Shown: positions 30,292 to 39,361 of the stretch, piece after piece
Position numbering within the stretch: the stretch's first letter is position 1
Layout of the letters: the number at the start of each line of letters is the position of its first letter
The notes under the pieces: model-generated
The model's database searches: none
What the model was told of the DNA's origin: nothing
Seen by the model: the letters and a program-made list of their open reading frames with translations, nothing else
Position numbers and translations under genes: made by a program
Origin: Bacteroidota bacterium
Lineage (GTDB): Bacteria > Bacteroidota > Bacteroidia > 2-12-FULL-35-15
Direction: 5' to 3'
Assembly (NCBI GenBank): GCA_023251805.1
Contig: JAHEYB010000008.1
Coordinates: 2,633-66,632 of the forward strand
DNA length: 64,000 nt

Positions 30292-31080
30292 ATGAAAAAA
30301 CTACTCCTTTTATCATCCTTATTTTTAATTTCATTTGGCAATGCATTTTCAGGAATCATTGTAGTGGAAGGTAAATATCAAGACAAAAATTTATACGTAC
30401 AAAACGGATATGCTGGTAATGGCGTTGGATTTTGCACTTATGAAGTTACCATAAATGGTAAAGTATCAACAGATGAAGTAAACTCATCTGCATTTGAAAT
30501 TGATTTCCCTGCATTTTCTATTCGTCCGGGAACACCTGTAGTAGTGGAGATTCGCCACAAAGATGATTGCAGTCCAAAAGTATTAAATCCAGAAGCATTA
30601 AAGCCAAAAGCTACTTTCGAAGTTATCAATATCAACATTGATAAAAACGGAATTTTAAATTGGTCCACAAAAAATGAAATGGGTTCTTTACCCTATGTGG
30701 TTGAACAGTTCCGTTGGAACAAATGGATTCCGGTTGGTGAAGTGAAAGGCGGAGGCTCTATGGAAAACAACACGTATTCATTTAAAACAACAACACATTC
30801 AGGAGAAAATAAATTCAGAGTAAAGCAAATTGGTTATGGTGATTTATCAAAAGCATCAAATAATGTTACATTTATTTCTGCTACCGGCCAGCCAACCTAC
30901 TCAATGACTAAAAACGCTGACGCCATTGAATTTTCAGCAGAAACCATGTATGAAGTATTTGACGAATATGGCAATGTGATAAAAAGAGGATTTGGAAATA
31001 AACTAGATATTGCAAATATTTCAAAAGGAAATTATTACTTATGTTATGATAATATCATGACCGATTTCAAAAAGAAGTAA
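30292..31080 (+). CDS. secreted hypothetical protein with a possible T9SS-CTD-like C-terminus
   Basis: Signal peptide MKKLLLLSSLFLISFGNAFS. The C-terminal YEVFDEYGNVIKRGFGNKLDIANISKGNYYL resembles the Por secretion tail pattern. Confidence 0.5.
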   Translation: MKKLLLLSSLFLISFGNAFSGIIVVEGKYQDKNLYVQNGYAGNGVGFCTYEVTINGKVSTDEVNSSAFEIDFPAFSIRPGTPVVVEIRHKDDCSPKVLNPEALKPKATFEVININIDKNGILNWSTKNEMGSLPYVVEQFRWNKWIPVGEVKGGGSMENNTYSFKTTTHSGENKFRVKQIGYGDLSKASNNVTFISATGQPTYSMTKNADAIEFSAETMYEVFDEYGNVIKRGFGNKLDIANISKGNYYLCYDNIMTDFKKK

Positions 31081-31711
31081 TTTTTATTTTAGCAACAACT
31101 TCATTCAATTCACTTATCATCATTGCTGTTGCACCCCATATTGTTAAACCCTCTATTTCAAAATAGGGGGTTTTTACTTTATTACCGCCACTGTGTAAAA
31201 TTAATTTTTCTTTACGAATATTTTTATTATTCAAAGCGAATAAATCAACTGTGATAATTTTGTCTACCTCATTTGCGTCTCTAATAAAGTCATATTTTTG
31301 ATACATCACGCCAACAAAAGGCCTCACTAAAAAATTACTAGGAGTTATGTAAATATCCGTTAAACTACCTATCACACTTATGTTTTGGGGAAGCAACCCA
31401 ATTTCTTCAGCAGTTTCTCTCAAAGCAGTTTGTTTAAGATCTAAATCCGATTCATCCAATTGTCCACCCGGAAAAGCAATTTGTCCGCTATGCACACCTT
31501 CGTATTTACCTCGCTGAATAAGGATTGTATGGATTGAATTGCCTTCTGGAAAAAGCAAAATTAGCACTGCACTTTGTTTGGGATTATAATTTTCAGAAGA
31601 AACATCAACAAGTCGCTTGCGTGTAATAGGGGCCATCGAGAACTGAGCCTGTTCTCCAGGCAACTCTTCGCCCAAGCGACTTTCCAACTGACTAACAAAG
31701 TTCCGAAACAT
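31067..31711 (-). CDS. NUDIX hydrolase, CoA pyrophosphatase type
   Basis: Nudix box GGQLDESDLDLKQTALRETAEEIG, preceded by a LLFPEG..HT.LIQR-like CoAse motif. Confidence 0.7.
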   Translation of the reverse strand: MFRNFVSQLESRLGEELPGEQAQFSMAPITRKRLVDVSSENYNPKQSAVLILLFPEGNSIHTILIQRGKYEGVHSGQIAFPGGQLDESDLDLKQTALRETAEEIGLLPQNISVIGSLTDIYITPSNFLVRPFVGVMYQKYDFIRDANEVDKIITVDLFALNNKNIRKEKLILHSGGNKVKTPYFEIEGLTIWGATAMMISELNEVVAKIKITSF

Positions 31712-31826
31712 TATTTTCGACCAATTAATTCATGCAAATATCCTAAAAAACAGCTTATTTAGTGGACTTTATCGAAACTAAATTATAAACAGAAGCGTAC
31801 TAACTATAACTCTAAACTAACAAGCG

Positions 31827-32003
31827 ATGAACTCAGAACAATTACAAGAAGTGGTTCAGTGGCTAAATCAGCAAATTGTGCATGCAAACGACATGATTAA
31901 TGAAGCGCATCGCACAAGTAATTTGGGAAGAGAAACACAATATGAAGGAATGAGAGATGCTTTTATGAGATGCCTGAACAAACTTAACAACAATGTGCAA
32001 TAA
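31827..32003 (+). CDS. small hypothetical protein (58 aa, below the track threshold)
   Basis: Hand-translated as MNSEQLQEVVQWLNQQIVHANDMINEAHRTSNLGRETQYEGMRDAFMRCLNKLNNNVQ*. It fills an otherwise empty 295-bp gap. Confidence 0.3.
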   Translation: MNSEQLQEVVQWLNQQIVHANDMINEAHRTSNLGRETQYEGMRDAFMRCLNKLNNNVQ

Positions 32004-32006
32004 GCT

Positions 32007-33020
32007 TTAGTGAGCGATACAAATTATCTGACCGGGCTTTAATCTCACTCTGCCCGTTAATCCATTGATTTCTTTTATTGATGTTGTTGTTGTTGCATAG
32101 CGTTTTGCCAATTCAAAAACGGTATCCCCTTTTTCAACCATATGCGATTTTTCTCCCGTAGGAAAAGCAGCCAATCCCCATTTCGTTTTTTTAATTGTAA
32201 TTTCATTACACAATAATTTTTGGTCTTTAAAAGAAATTAAATATTTCGGATTTACAGGCACACCTTTAAAACGAACTTCAAAATGCAAATGCGAGCCTGT
32301 TGAATGTCCTGTACTACCACCTAATCCAACTGTTTGCCCCGCTATAACAACTTGACCAGGTTTCACTTTTAATTTCGAAAGATGTGCGTACACTGTTTCC
32401 AAACCATTATAGTGACGAATAACGACTACATTTCCAAATCCACCAAAACGCATTGCAATCCTTACCATTCCATCAAATGCTGCAGCAACTTTATCCCCTT
32501 TATTTAAATCGATATCAATACCATTGTGTTGCGTACTATCCCTCCAGCCAAAACCGGAGGTAACCGGACCATTAAACGGATGAAAATATTCTCCACGCTC
32601 TCCTCCATTCAATTGCAATGTCACAGAAGTATCACCTTTTAATTTGAGCATATCCTTTTCAGGAAATAATTTGTTGATTTCCCAACTGGTGTACAAATCC
32701 GCAGAAGGAAAAGAAGAGGAAACGGCCGTTTTTATTTCATTTTTAGTATCTTCTTCATTAAAAAAAGCAATAGCATTGTTGATTTCAGTCATCAAATCAC
32801 GTGGAATAGTATCCATTTCAAAAAGAAAATCCACCAATGAACTTAATTGCTCACGGTTCATATTCTGAATTAAGCTTTTAGGTTTGGAATGTCTAGAAAC
32901 ACTGTCTTCAGGACCACCAGCAAACAATGCAGTAGATGCTTTAACAGAAAAGCATAGTAACATACTAAACATAAGAATCGTATGTTTTCTTAAAAATAAA
33001 CGTGTTTTTGTTGTTTCCAT
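32007..33020 (-). CDS. M23 family metallopeptidase with C-terminal LysM domain (paralogue of 26820..27707)
   Basis: HNGIDID and SHLHFE motifs, with a C-terminal LysM (HMVEKGDTVFELAKRY...LKPGQII). Confidence 0.85.
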   Translation of the reverse strand: METTKTRLFLRKHTILMFSMLLCFSVKASTALFAGGPEDSVSRHSKPKSLIQNMNREQLSSLVDFLFEMDTIPRDLMTEINNAIAFFNEEDTKNEIKTAVSSSFPSADLYTSWEINKLFPEKDMLKLKGDTSVTLQLNGGERGEYFHPFNGPVTSGFGWRDSTQHNGIDIDLNKGDKVAAAFDGMVRIAMRFGGFGNVVVIRHYNGLETVYAHLSKLKVKPGQVVIAGQTVGLGGSTGHSTGSHLHFEVRFKGVPVNPKYLISFKDQKLLCNEITIKKTKWGLAAFPTGEKSHMVEKGDTVFELAKRYATTTTSIKEINGLTGRVRLKPGQIICIAH

Positions 33021-33078
33021 TTAGCCCTACCACAGGTTTTGGGATAGCTAAATTAACTATTTTGAGTTAAAAAGCAAA

Positions 33079-33105
33079 TCCCAGCAATACATTGTACGGC
33101 TGGGA
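33079..33105 (-). terminator. hairpin downstream of the aminotransferase gene
   Basis: tcccagc ... gctggga stem. T-rich tract follows on the minus strand. Confidence 0.45.
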
Positions 33106-33130
33106 GCACTATATTGTTTATGTAAATTGA

Positions 33131-34330
33131 TTAGTTTGTCTTACCAGGGTACGCTTTCAGAGCTATTTCCAAACAAATCATTGCATTTTTTAAGTCGGTT
33201 TTGTTCAATACATAGGCTAAACGCACTTCATTTGTTCCTGCACCGGGAGTAGAATAAAATCCTGTAGCAGGCGCCAACATTACTGTTTGACCTTCGTGGC
33301 TGAATGACTCCAATAACCATTGACAAAATGTATCGGAATTATCTATTGGTAAACGAGCGATGCAATAAAAGGCACCACTTGGTTTGGGACAAAACACTCC
33401 TTCCATCTTATTGAGCGCTTCAATTACAAAATCTCTGCGGGAAACATATTCCTTTTGTACTTTATCAAAATATTCTTTTGGAGTATTCAACGCTGCCTCC
33501 GCTCCTATTTGTCCGAATGTAGGCGGACTCAATCTCGCCTGAGCAAATTTCATTGCTGTGGAAATAATTTCTTTGTTTTTTGAAATCAATGCACCAATTC
33601 TTGCACCACATGCGCTGTAACGTTTTGAAATAGAATCTAACAAAATAACATTGTTATCGATGCCACTTAAATGCATTACTGAAACATATTCTTTTCCATC
33701 GTAACAAAATTCACGATACACCTCATCGCTCAACAAAAACAAATCGTATTTCAGCACCAATTGTTTTAAAGATTCCAATTCTTCTCGAGAATACAAATAC
33801 CCTGTAGGATTTCCGGGATTACAAATCATAATTCCTTTTGTTTTTGGAGTAATTAGTTTTTCGAATTCAGAAATGGGTGGCAAAGCAAATCCTGTTTCAA
33901 TAAACGATTTTACAGGAACAACTTTTACATCTGCCGCACAGGAAAATCCATTATAGTTTGCATAAAAAGGTTCAGGAATAATAATTTCATCACCATCATT
34001 AAAGCAAGTCATCATTGCTATTGAAATTGCTTCCGAACCGCCTGTAGTAATAATCATCTCGTTTTGATCGATATTGATATTAAATGTTCCATAATAGCCG
34101 GCTAATTTTTTTCTGTACGATTCAATTCCTGCTGAATGGGAATATTCCAATACTTTAATGTCAGCATTTTTAATTGCATTCAACATCACTTCGGGAGTTT
34201 CAATATCCGGTTGACCGATATTTAAATGGTATATTTTTGTTCCACGTTTTTTTGCTGCTTCAGCAAATGGAACCAATTTACGAATGGGTGAAGAAGGCAT
34301 TGAATTGCCTTTTGAAGACACTTTTGGCAT
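33131..34330 (-). CDS. pyridoxal-phosphate-dependent aminotransferase, class I (aspartate aminotransferase-like)
   Basis: 399 aa. SISKRYSACGARIG contains the PLP-lysine motif S.SK.....G.R.G. Confidence 0.85.
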   Translation of the reverse strand: MPKVSSKGNSMPSSPIRKLVPFAEAAKKRGTKIYHLNIGQPDIETPEVMLNAIKNADIKVLEYSHSAGIESYRKKLAGYYGTFNINIDQNEMIITTGGSEAISIAMMTCFNDGDEIIIPEPFYANYNGFSCAADVKVVPVKSFIETGFALPPISEFEKLITPKTKGIMICNPGNPTGYLYSREELESLKQLVLKYDLFLLSDEVYREFCYDGKEYVSVMHLSGIDNNVILLDSISKRYSACGARIGALISKNKEIISTAMKFAQARLSPPTFGQIGAEAALNTPKEYFDKVQKEYVSRRDFVIEALNKMEGVFCPKPSGAFYCIARLPIDNSDTFCQWLLESFSHEGQTVMLAPATGFYSTPGAGTNEVRLAYVLNKTDLKNAMICLEIALKAYPGKTN

Positions 34331-34389
34331 TTTTGGTAATTAATTAGTTGTGCCAAATTTACTAATACTAATCAAATTGGAAGTAATTT

Positions 34390-34782
34390 TTATTTTTTCT
34401 TTGGTTTTAACACCACTCCTTTGAAGCGTAATTCGGTGGGAGAATTTATAGCGTTGGAAATAATTTTGATGGTTCGGTCTTGCCTATCGTACTTCTGATG
34501 TGTATCAAAAGTTACTTTGATGGTATAAGACTCACCTGGTTGAATAGGCGCGGTTACTTTTTCCATAACAGTGCAGCCACATTCAACATCATAGTCGGAG
34601 ACAATCAAAGGTTTATCGCCCACATTTTTAAATTGATAGGAAAGCTTTACGGTATCGCCTTCATGCACAAAACCAAAATTGTGTTTTGTTTCTTTGAATT
34701 TAATTTCCTGTGCGTGCAATTGACATGCATAAAAGCAAGACAATAAAAAAGAAAATGTAATGCGTAATTTATATCGGTTCAT
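34390..34782 (-). CDS. DUF1573 domain protein
   Basis: Signal peptide. F.F.N.G..PL.I......CGCT core (VECGCT). Confidence 0.8.
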   Translation of the reverse strand: MNRYKLRITFSFLLSCFYACQLHAQEIKFKETKHNFGFVHEGDTVKLSYQFKNVGDKPLIVSDYDVECGCTVMEKVTAPIQPGESYTIKVTFDTHQKYDRQDRTIKIISNAINSPTELRFKGVVLKPKKK

Positions 34783-34801
34783 ACAACATTAATTAAAGCG
34801 A

Positions 34802-34835
34802 CAACCCCTCTCAAATTATAATTTGAAAGGGGTTG
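34802..34835 (-). terminator. 16-bp intergenic hairpin between DUF1573 paralogues (terminator or attenuator candidate)
   Basis: caacccctctcaaatt-at-aatttgaaaggggttg with one mismatch. Only a weak T tract follows. Confidence 0.4.
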
Positions 34836-34860
34836 AAGAGATACTAATAAACAAAACAAA

Positions 34861-35319
34861 TTAGTGTTTTATCTCAGCAGGTGCTGTTGTAGCAGGAGCT
34901 GGAGCAGGTGTTGGATCTGGTTTTACAACACCTTTAATTTTGATAACTTTTGAAGGGGTATCAGCATTAGAAGTTAAAGTAACAGTTTTTTCAAACTGAC
35001 CAACTCTGTCGGTAGCATAGTGAACTTTGATAACAGCAGAAGCACCTGGTTTAATTGGTTCTTTTGGCCAAGAAGGGGTTGTACATCCACAAGATCCTAC
35101 TGCGTTAGAAATAATTAATGGTTCTTTACCAACGTTCGTAAATTTAAATTCACGATCACCGTTTGCATTGTGTTCGATAGTACCATAATCCATTACTTCA
35201 TTTTCAAATTTGAATTTAGGAGCATTTGGATTTACGGGATTTGGAGTTGCTACTTCTTGAGCATTTGCTCCAACCGCAACACATAGGATTAAGCCGATTG
35301 AAAGGATAACTTTTTTCAT
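34861..35319 (-). CDS. DUF1573 domain protein with P/A/T-rich tail
   Basis: Signal peptide, GSCGCT core, C-terminal PDPTPAPAPATTAPAEIKH. Confidence 0.8.
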   Translation of the reverse strand: MKKVILSIGLILCVAVGANAQEVATPNPVNPNAPKFKFENEVMDYGTIEHNANGDREFKFTNVGKEPLIISNAVGSCGCTTPSWPKEPIKPGASAVIKVHYATDRVGQFEKTVTLTSNADTPSKVIKIKGVVKPDPTPAPAPATTAPAEIKH

Positions 35320-35367
35320 TGTTTGTGATTTTGAGATTTATTATTAATTATTTAGTTTATTTATTAT

Positions 35368-35844
35368 TTAATGTTTTTCTAATGGAGTTGCACCATCATC
35401 TTTTCTTCCATTGGTTGGAAATGCCTCTTCTGTTGGAGCTGGATCTACTTTTCCTTTAATTACCAAAGTTTTTGTAGGCGTTTTAGCATTTGAACTAACG
35501 GTTACACTTTTATTGAAGTTTCCTGCACGTTTTGTATCGTAAGTAACTTTAATAACCTGAGTTTCACCTGGTTTAATAGGAATATTTTTAGGATATGTAG
35601 GAACAGTACAACCGCAAGACCCTTTTGCATCAGAAATAATCAAAGGCTCTTTTCCTGTGTTTTTAAACTTAAATTCATAGGTCCCATTTCCAGCATACTC
35701 TACGTTCCCAAAATCGTGTGTTTCGGTATCAAAAGTAATTTCAGCCAGGCTGGTAGGCACAGGAGGAGTGGTTGTTTTTTCCTGTGCTACCGAAGCAGAA
35801 AGGGTCAAAATAAGTGTTCCAAGTGTTAAAGCTAATTTTTTCAT
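35368..35844 (-). CDS. DUF1573 domain protein with low-complexity tail
   Basis: Signal peptide and GSCGCT core. Clearly similar to 34861..35319 and shares the terminal KH. Confidence 0.8.
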   Translation of the reverse strand: MKKLALTLGTLILTLSASVAQEKTTTPPVPTSLAEITFDTETHDFGNVEYAGNGTYEFKFKNTGKEPLIISDAKGSCGCTVPTYPKNIPIKPGETQVIKVTYDTKRAGNFNKSVTVSSNAKTPTKTLVIKGKVDPAPTEEAFPTNGRKDDGATPLEKH

Positions 35845-35943
35845 TTTAATTAAAATTTAATCGATTTTGAGGTTAAATTTCTTGTCTTGATTTACAGCCA
35901 AAACCGTGCCATAATCAAAAAAGAAAGGAAAATTAATTTTTAG

Positions 35944-35951
35944 TAGATTTG
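35944..35951 (+). promoter_or_regulatory. candidate -7 box (TAGATTTG) for valS
   Basis: Matches TAnnTTTG, 35 nt upstream of the ATG at 35987. Confidence 0.4.
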
Positions 35952-35986
35952 CCTACTTTTTAGCAGAACGAAGTAAGCAAATATAT

Positions 35987-38620
35987 ATGGAAATTCCTAA
36001 AACATACGACCCTAAAATTACTGAAGACAAGTGGTATGCCCATTGGTTAAAGCATAAATTCTTTAAATCTACCCCCGATGAGCGTGAACCGTACACAATA
36101 GTTATACCACCCCCAAACGTTACGGGCGTGCTTCATATGGGGCATATGCTCAACAATACTATTCAAGATGTACTCATCCGCAAAGCACGTATGCAAGGCA
36201 AAAATGCTTGCTGGGTACCCGGAACCGACCACGCTTCCATTGCTACTGAAGCTAAAGTGGTGTCTTTATTGGCCGAAAAGGGCATTAAAAAGACGGATTT
36301 ATCACGTGAAGATTTTTTGAAACATGCTTGGGAATGGAAAGAAAAATACGGTGGAATTATCCTCAAACAGCTTGAAAAACTAGGTGCTTCTTGTGATTGG
36401 GACCGTACACGCTTTACAATGGAAGATGATTTGAGCGAAGCCGTAATTGATGTATTTATCGATTTATATAATAAAGGGCAAATTTATCGTGGTGTGAGAA
36501 TGGTGAACTGGGATCCACAAAGTTTAACGGCTGTTTCGGATGAAGAAGTAATCCATAAGGAAGTAAATTCAAAATTATATTATGTAAAATATAAGATAGA
36601 AGGAACGGAAGAATTTATCACTGTTGCAACAACCCGCCCCGAAACTATCCTTGGCGATACCGCAGTTTGTGTCCACCCTGATGATGAACGCTATAAACAT
36701 TTAAAAGGAAAACGTGCAATTGTTCCAATGGTGAACCGCGCAGTTCCTATTATTTATGATACTTATATCGATTTAGAATTTGGAACAGGTGCGCTTAAAG
36801 TAACGCCTGCCCATGATATCAATGACTATAATTTAGGTGTTAAACACAACTTAGAAGTAATTGATACCATTGCTGATGATGGAAAAATGAGTACTGCTGC
36901 ACAGTTTTATGTTGGCGAAGATCGCTTCACCGTTCGTAAAAAAATTGCGAAGGATTTGGAAGAGATGGGACAGATTGTAAAAATCGAAGACATAAAAAAC
37001 AAAGTGGGTTATAGCGAACGTACCAATGCTGTTATTGAACCAAAATTATCGATGCAATGGTTTTTGAAAATGGATAAAATTTCAAAACCTGCTTTGGAAA
37101 ATGTGTTAAATGGTGAAATAAAATTGATTCCTGAAAAGTTTGTGAATACATACAAACATTGGATGGAAAATGTTCACGATTGGTGTATCTCTCGTCAACT
37201 TTGGTGGGGACAACAAATTCCAGCTTGGTATGCACCCGATGGAACATTAGTAGTAGCAAAAACCCGAGAGCTCGCTTTTGAACAATTTAAAGTTCAAGGT
37301 TCAAAGTTTAAAGTTGAAGATTTGAAACAGGATGAAGATGTTTTGGATACTTGGTTTTCTTCTTGGTTATGGCCGATAAGTGTTTTCGATGGATTTAAAA
37401 ATTCGGATGGGAAAGACATTAACTACTATTATCCAACCAACGATATCGTTACTGGTCCAGATATTTTATTTTTCTGGATTGCTCGAATGATTATTGCCGG
37501 ATATGAATACAAAGGAAAAAAACCATTTAACAATGTTTACCTAACGGGAATTGTGCGTGATAAACAGGGAAGAAAAATGAGTAAACAGTTGGGGAATTCT
37601 CCTGACCCAATTGAGTTGATAGAAAAATTCGGAGCGGATGGTGTGCGTGTGGGAATGTTATTGTGTGCTCCTGCTGGAAGTGATTTGTTATTTGATGAAT
37701 CTTATATTGAACAAGGTAGAAATTTTTCTAATAAAGTGTGGAATGCCTTTAGGTTGATTCAAGGGTTCGAGGTAAGCAAAGACATCAAACAAAACGAATC
37801 TAGCAAAATTGCGGTGGAATGGTTTGATGCTCGTTTCAATGAGCAGTTGGAAATCATCAACGATTTATATTCGAAATACCGAATGAGTGAAGCATTGATG
37901 ACGACTTACAAATTGGTGTGGGACGATTTCTGTGCTTGGTATCTTGAAATGATTAAACCGGAATTTGTGGATGGCAAATCATTACCGATTGATAAAGAAA
38001 CATTTGATGCGACCATTATTTTATTTGAGAAAATATTAAAAGTATTACATCCATTCATGCCTTTCATCACCGAAGAAATTTGGCATTTGATAAAAGAGCG
38101 TTCGGATAAAGATTGCATTATTGTTGCGGAGTGGCCAAAAGCGAAAAATGAAAACGCAAACATCATCAAACATTTTGATGTTGTGATGGAAGTGATTACC
38201 AACATCCGAAACATCCGCAAGCAAAAAAATATTTCTCCGAAAGAAAAATTGCAAGTGTTTGAAAAAGTAAATCAAGGTGAGATTATTAAAACGTATGACC
38301 CTTTAATTATCAAATTGTGTAACCTAAGTAGCTTCGAATATGTGACAAGTAAAGTGGATGGCGCCTTCTCCTTTGTATTGAAGCATGCTGAGTATTATGT
38401 TCCGCTTTCTCAAAATATTGATGTGGCTGCAGAAAAAGAACGTTTAGCAAAAGACCTAGATTACAACAAAAGTTTCTTGAAATCCGTTCAAACTAAGTTA
38501 GCCAACGAAAAGTTTGTTGCCAATGCAAAACCAGAGATGGTAGAGAATGAGAAGAAAAAGCTAGCAGATGCTGAATCAAAAATAAAAGCCATTGAAGAAC
38601 AATTGGCGGGATTGAAATAA
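35987..38620 (+). CDS. valS: valine--tRNA ligase
   Basis: 877 aa. HIGH-type motif PNVTGVLHMGH, KMSKS-type motif KMSKQ, and a C-terminal coiled coil. Confidence 0.97.
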   Translation: MEIPKTYDPKITEDKWYAHWLKHKFFKSTPDEREPYTIVIPPPNVTGVLHMGHMLNNTIQDVLIRKARMQGKNACWVPGTDHASIATEAKVVSLLAEKGIKKTDLSREDFLKHAWEWKEKYGGIILKQLEKLGASCDWDRTRFTMEDDLSEAVIDVFIDLYNKGQIYRGVRMVNWDPQSLTAVSDEEVIHKEVNSKLYYVKYKIEGTEEFITVATTRPETILGDTAVCVHPDDERYKHLKGKRAIVPMVNRAVPIIYDTYIDLEFGTGALKVTPAHDINDYNLGVKHNLEVIDTIADDGKMSTAAQFYVGEDRFTVRKKIAKDLEEMGQIVKIEDIKNKVGYSERTNAVIEPKLSMQWFLKMDKISKPALENVLNGEIKLIPEKFVNTYKHWMENVHDWCISRQLWWGQQIPAWYAPDGTLVVAKTRELAFEQFKVQGSKFKVEDLKQDEDVLDTWFSSWLWPISVFDGFKNSDGKDINYYYPTNDIVTGPDILFFWIARMIIAGYEYKGKKPFNNVYLTGIVRDKQGRKMSKQLGNSPDPIELIEKFGADGVRVGMLLCAPAGSDLLFDESYIEQGRNFSNKVWNAFRLIQGFEVSKDIKQNESSKIAVEWFDARFNEQLEIINDLYSKYRMSEALMTTYKLVWDDFCAWYLEMIKPEFVDGKSLPIDKETFDATIILFEKILKVLHPFMPFITEEIWHLIKERSDKDCIIVAEWPKAKNENANIIKHFDVVMEVITNIRNIRKQKNISPKEKLQVFEKVNQGEIIKTYDPLIIKLCNLSSFEYVTSKVDGAFSFVLKHAEYYVPLSQNIDVAAEKERLAKDLDYNKSFLKSVQTKLANEKFVANAKPEMVENEKKKLADAESKIKAIEEQLAGLK

Positions 38621-38661
38621 TTGATGTGCTGATATGCAGATTACGTTCTAATAAAATTCCG

Positions 38662-39297
38662 ATGAATTTATTAACCTCAAAACGTAAAATTAAGTTGGGT
38701 ATATTGCTATGCTTAATTTGCGTATGTTCTTCCATTCTTTTTCTTTCTTCCTATACTCCATCAACAGAAACGAATGCGCGTTTAAATCTAAAATCCAAAG
38801 AGGCTGTAACTTTTTGCAATGCCAATGGTTATAATACCGATATCTGTATCTTAATCGACATGACCATTCACTCGGGTAAAAAGCGTGCATTCCTTTGGGA
38901 TTTGAAAAATGATAGCCTTCTCGCATCCGGAATGTGCGCGCATGGTTGTGGAGCGAATCCTTGGGGAGAAACCTTTACCAAAGACAAACCAAAATTTAGC
39001 AATACTCCTGATAGTCACTGTACCTCAATAGGAAAATTTAAAATTGGTAAACGAGGTTATAGCAATTGGGGAATAAAAGTGAATTATTTATTACACGGAT
39101 TGGAAAGCACCAACAGTAACGCTTTAAAAAGAGAAATTGTTTTGCATTCCTGGGAAGATGTAAGTGATACAGAAGTTTTTCCAAACGGCACTCCTGAAGG
39201 TTGGGGTTGTCCGGCTGTATCAAATGCCTTTATGAGAATTGTAGACCCGAAATTAAAAGCATCTGACAAACCGGTTTTGTTGTGGATGTTTGATTGA
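38662..39297 (+). CDS. L,D-transpeptidase catalytic-domain-like (YkuD_2 family) protein
   Basis: Start moved to MNLLTSKRKIKLGILL; the track's GTG at 38626 lies in a repeat word. CAHGCG ... HCTSIGKFKIG ... IVLHSWE ... GWGCPAV pattern. Confidence 0.6.
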   Translation: MNLLTSKRKIKLGILLCLICVCSSILFLSSYTPSTETNARLNLKSKEAVTFCNANGYNTDICILIDMTIHSGKKRAFLWDLKNDSLLASGMCAHGCGANPWGETFTKDKPKFSNTPDSHCTSIGKFKIGKRGYSNWGIKVNYLLHGLESTNSNALKREIVLHSWEDVSDTEVFPNGTPEGWGCPAVSNAFMRIVDPKLKASDKPVLLWMFD

Positions 39298-39306
39298 GAC
39301 CGCATC

Positions 39307-39348
39307 TTAACCGCAGAGTGCGCGGAGGAGGCGCAGAGAACCACTGAG
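39307..39348 (+). repeat. family-B intergenic repeat (ccgcagag / gcggagg words), copy 1
   Basis: ttaaccgcagagtgcgcggaggaggcgcagagaaccactgag. Near-identical to 47984..48024 and to the reverse complement of 46864..46906. Confidence 0.8.
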
Positions 39349-39361
39349 TTTTTTTTCGAAG

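Noticed and set aside
35845-35986. T-box or other leader upstream of valS
   Set aside because: The region is only 142 bp, AT-rich and shows no specifier/terminator architecture. T-boxes are not expected in Bacteroidota.
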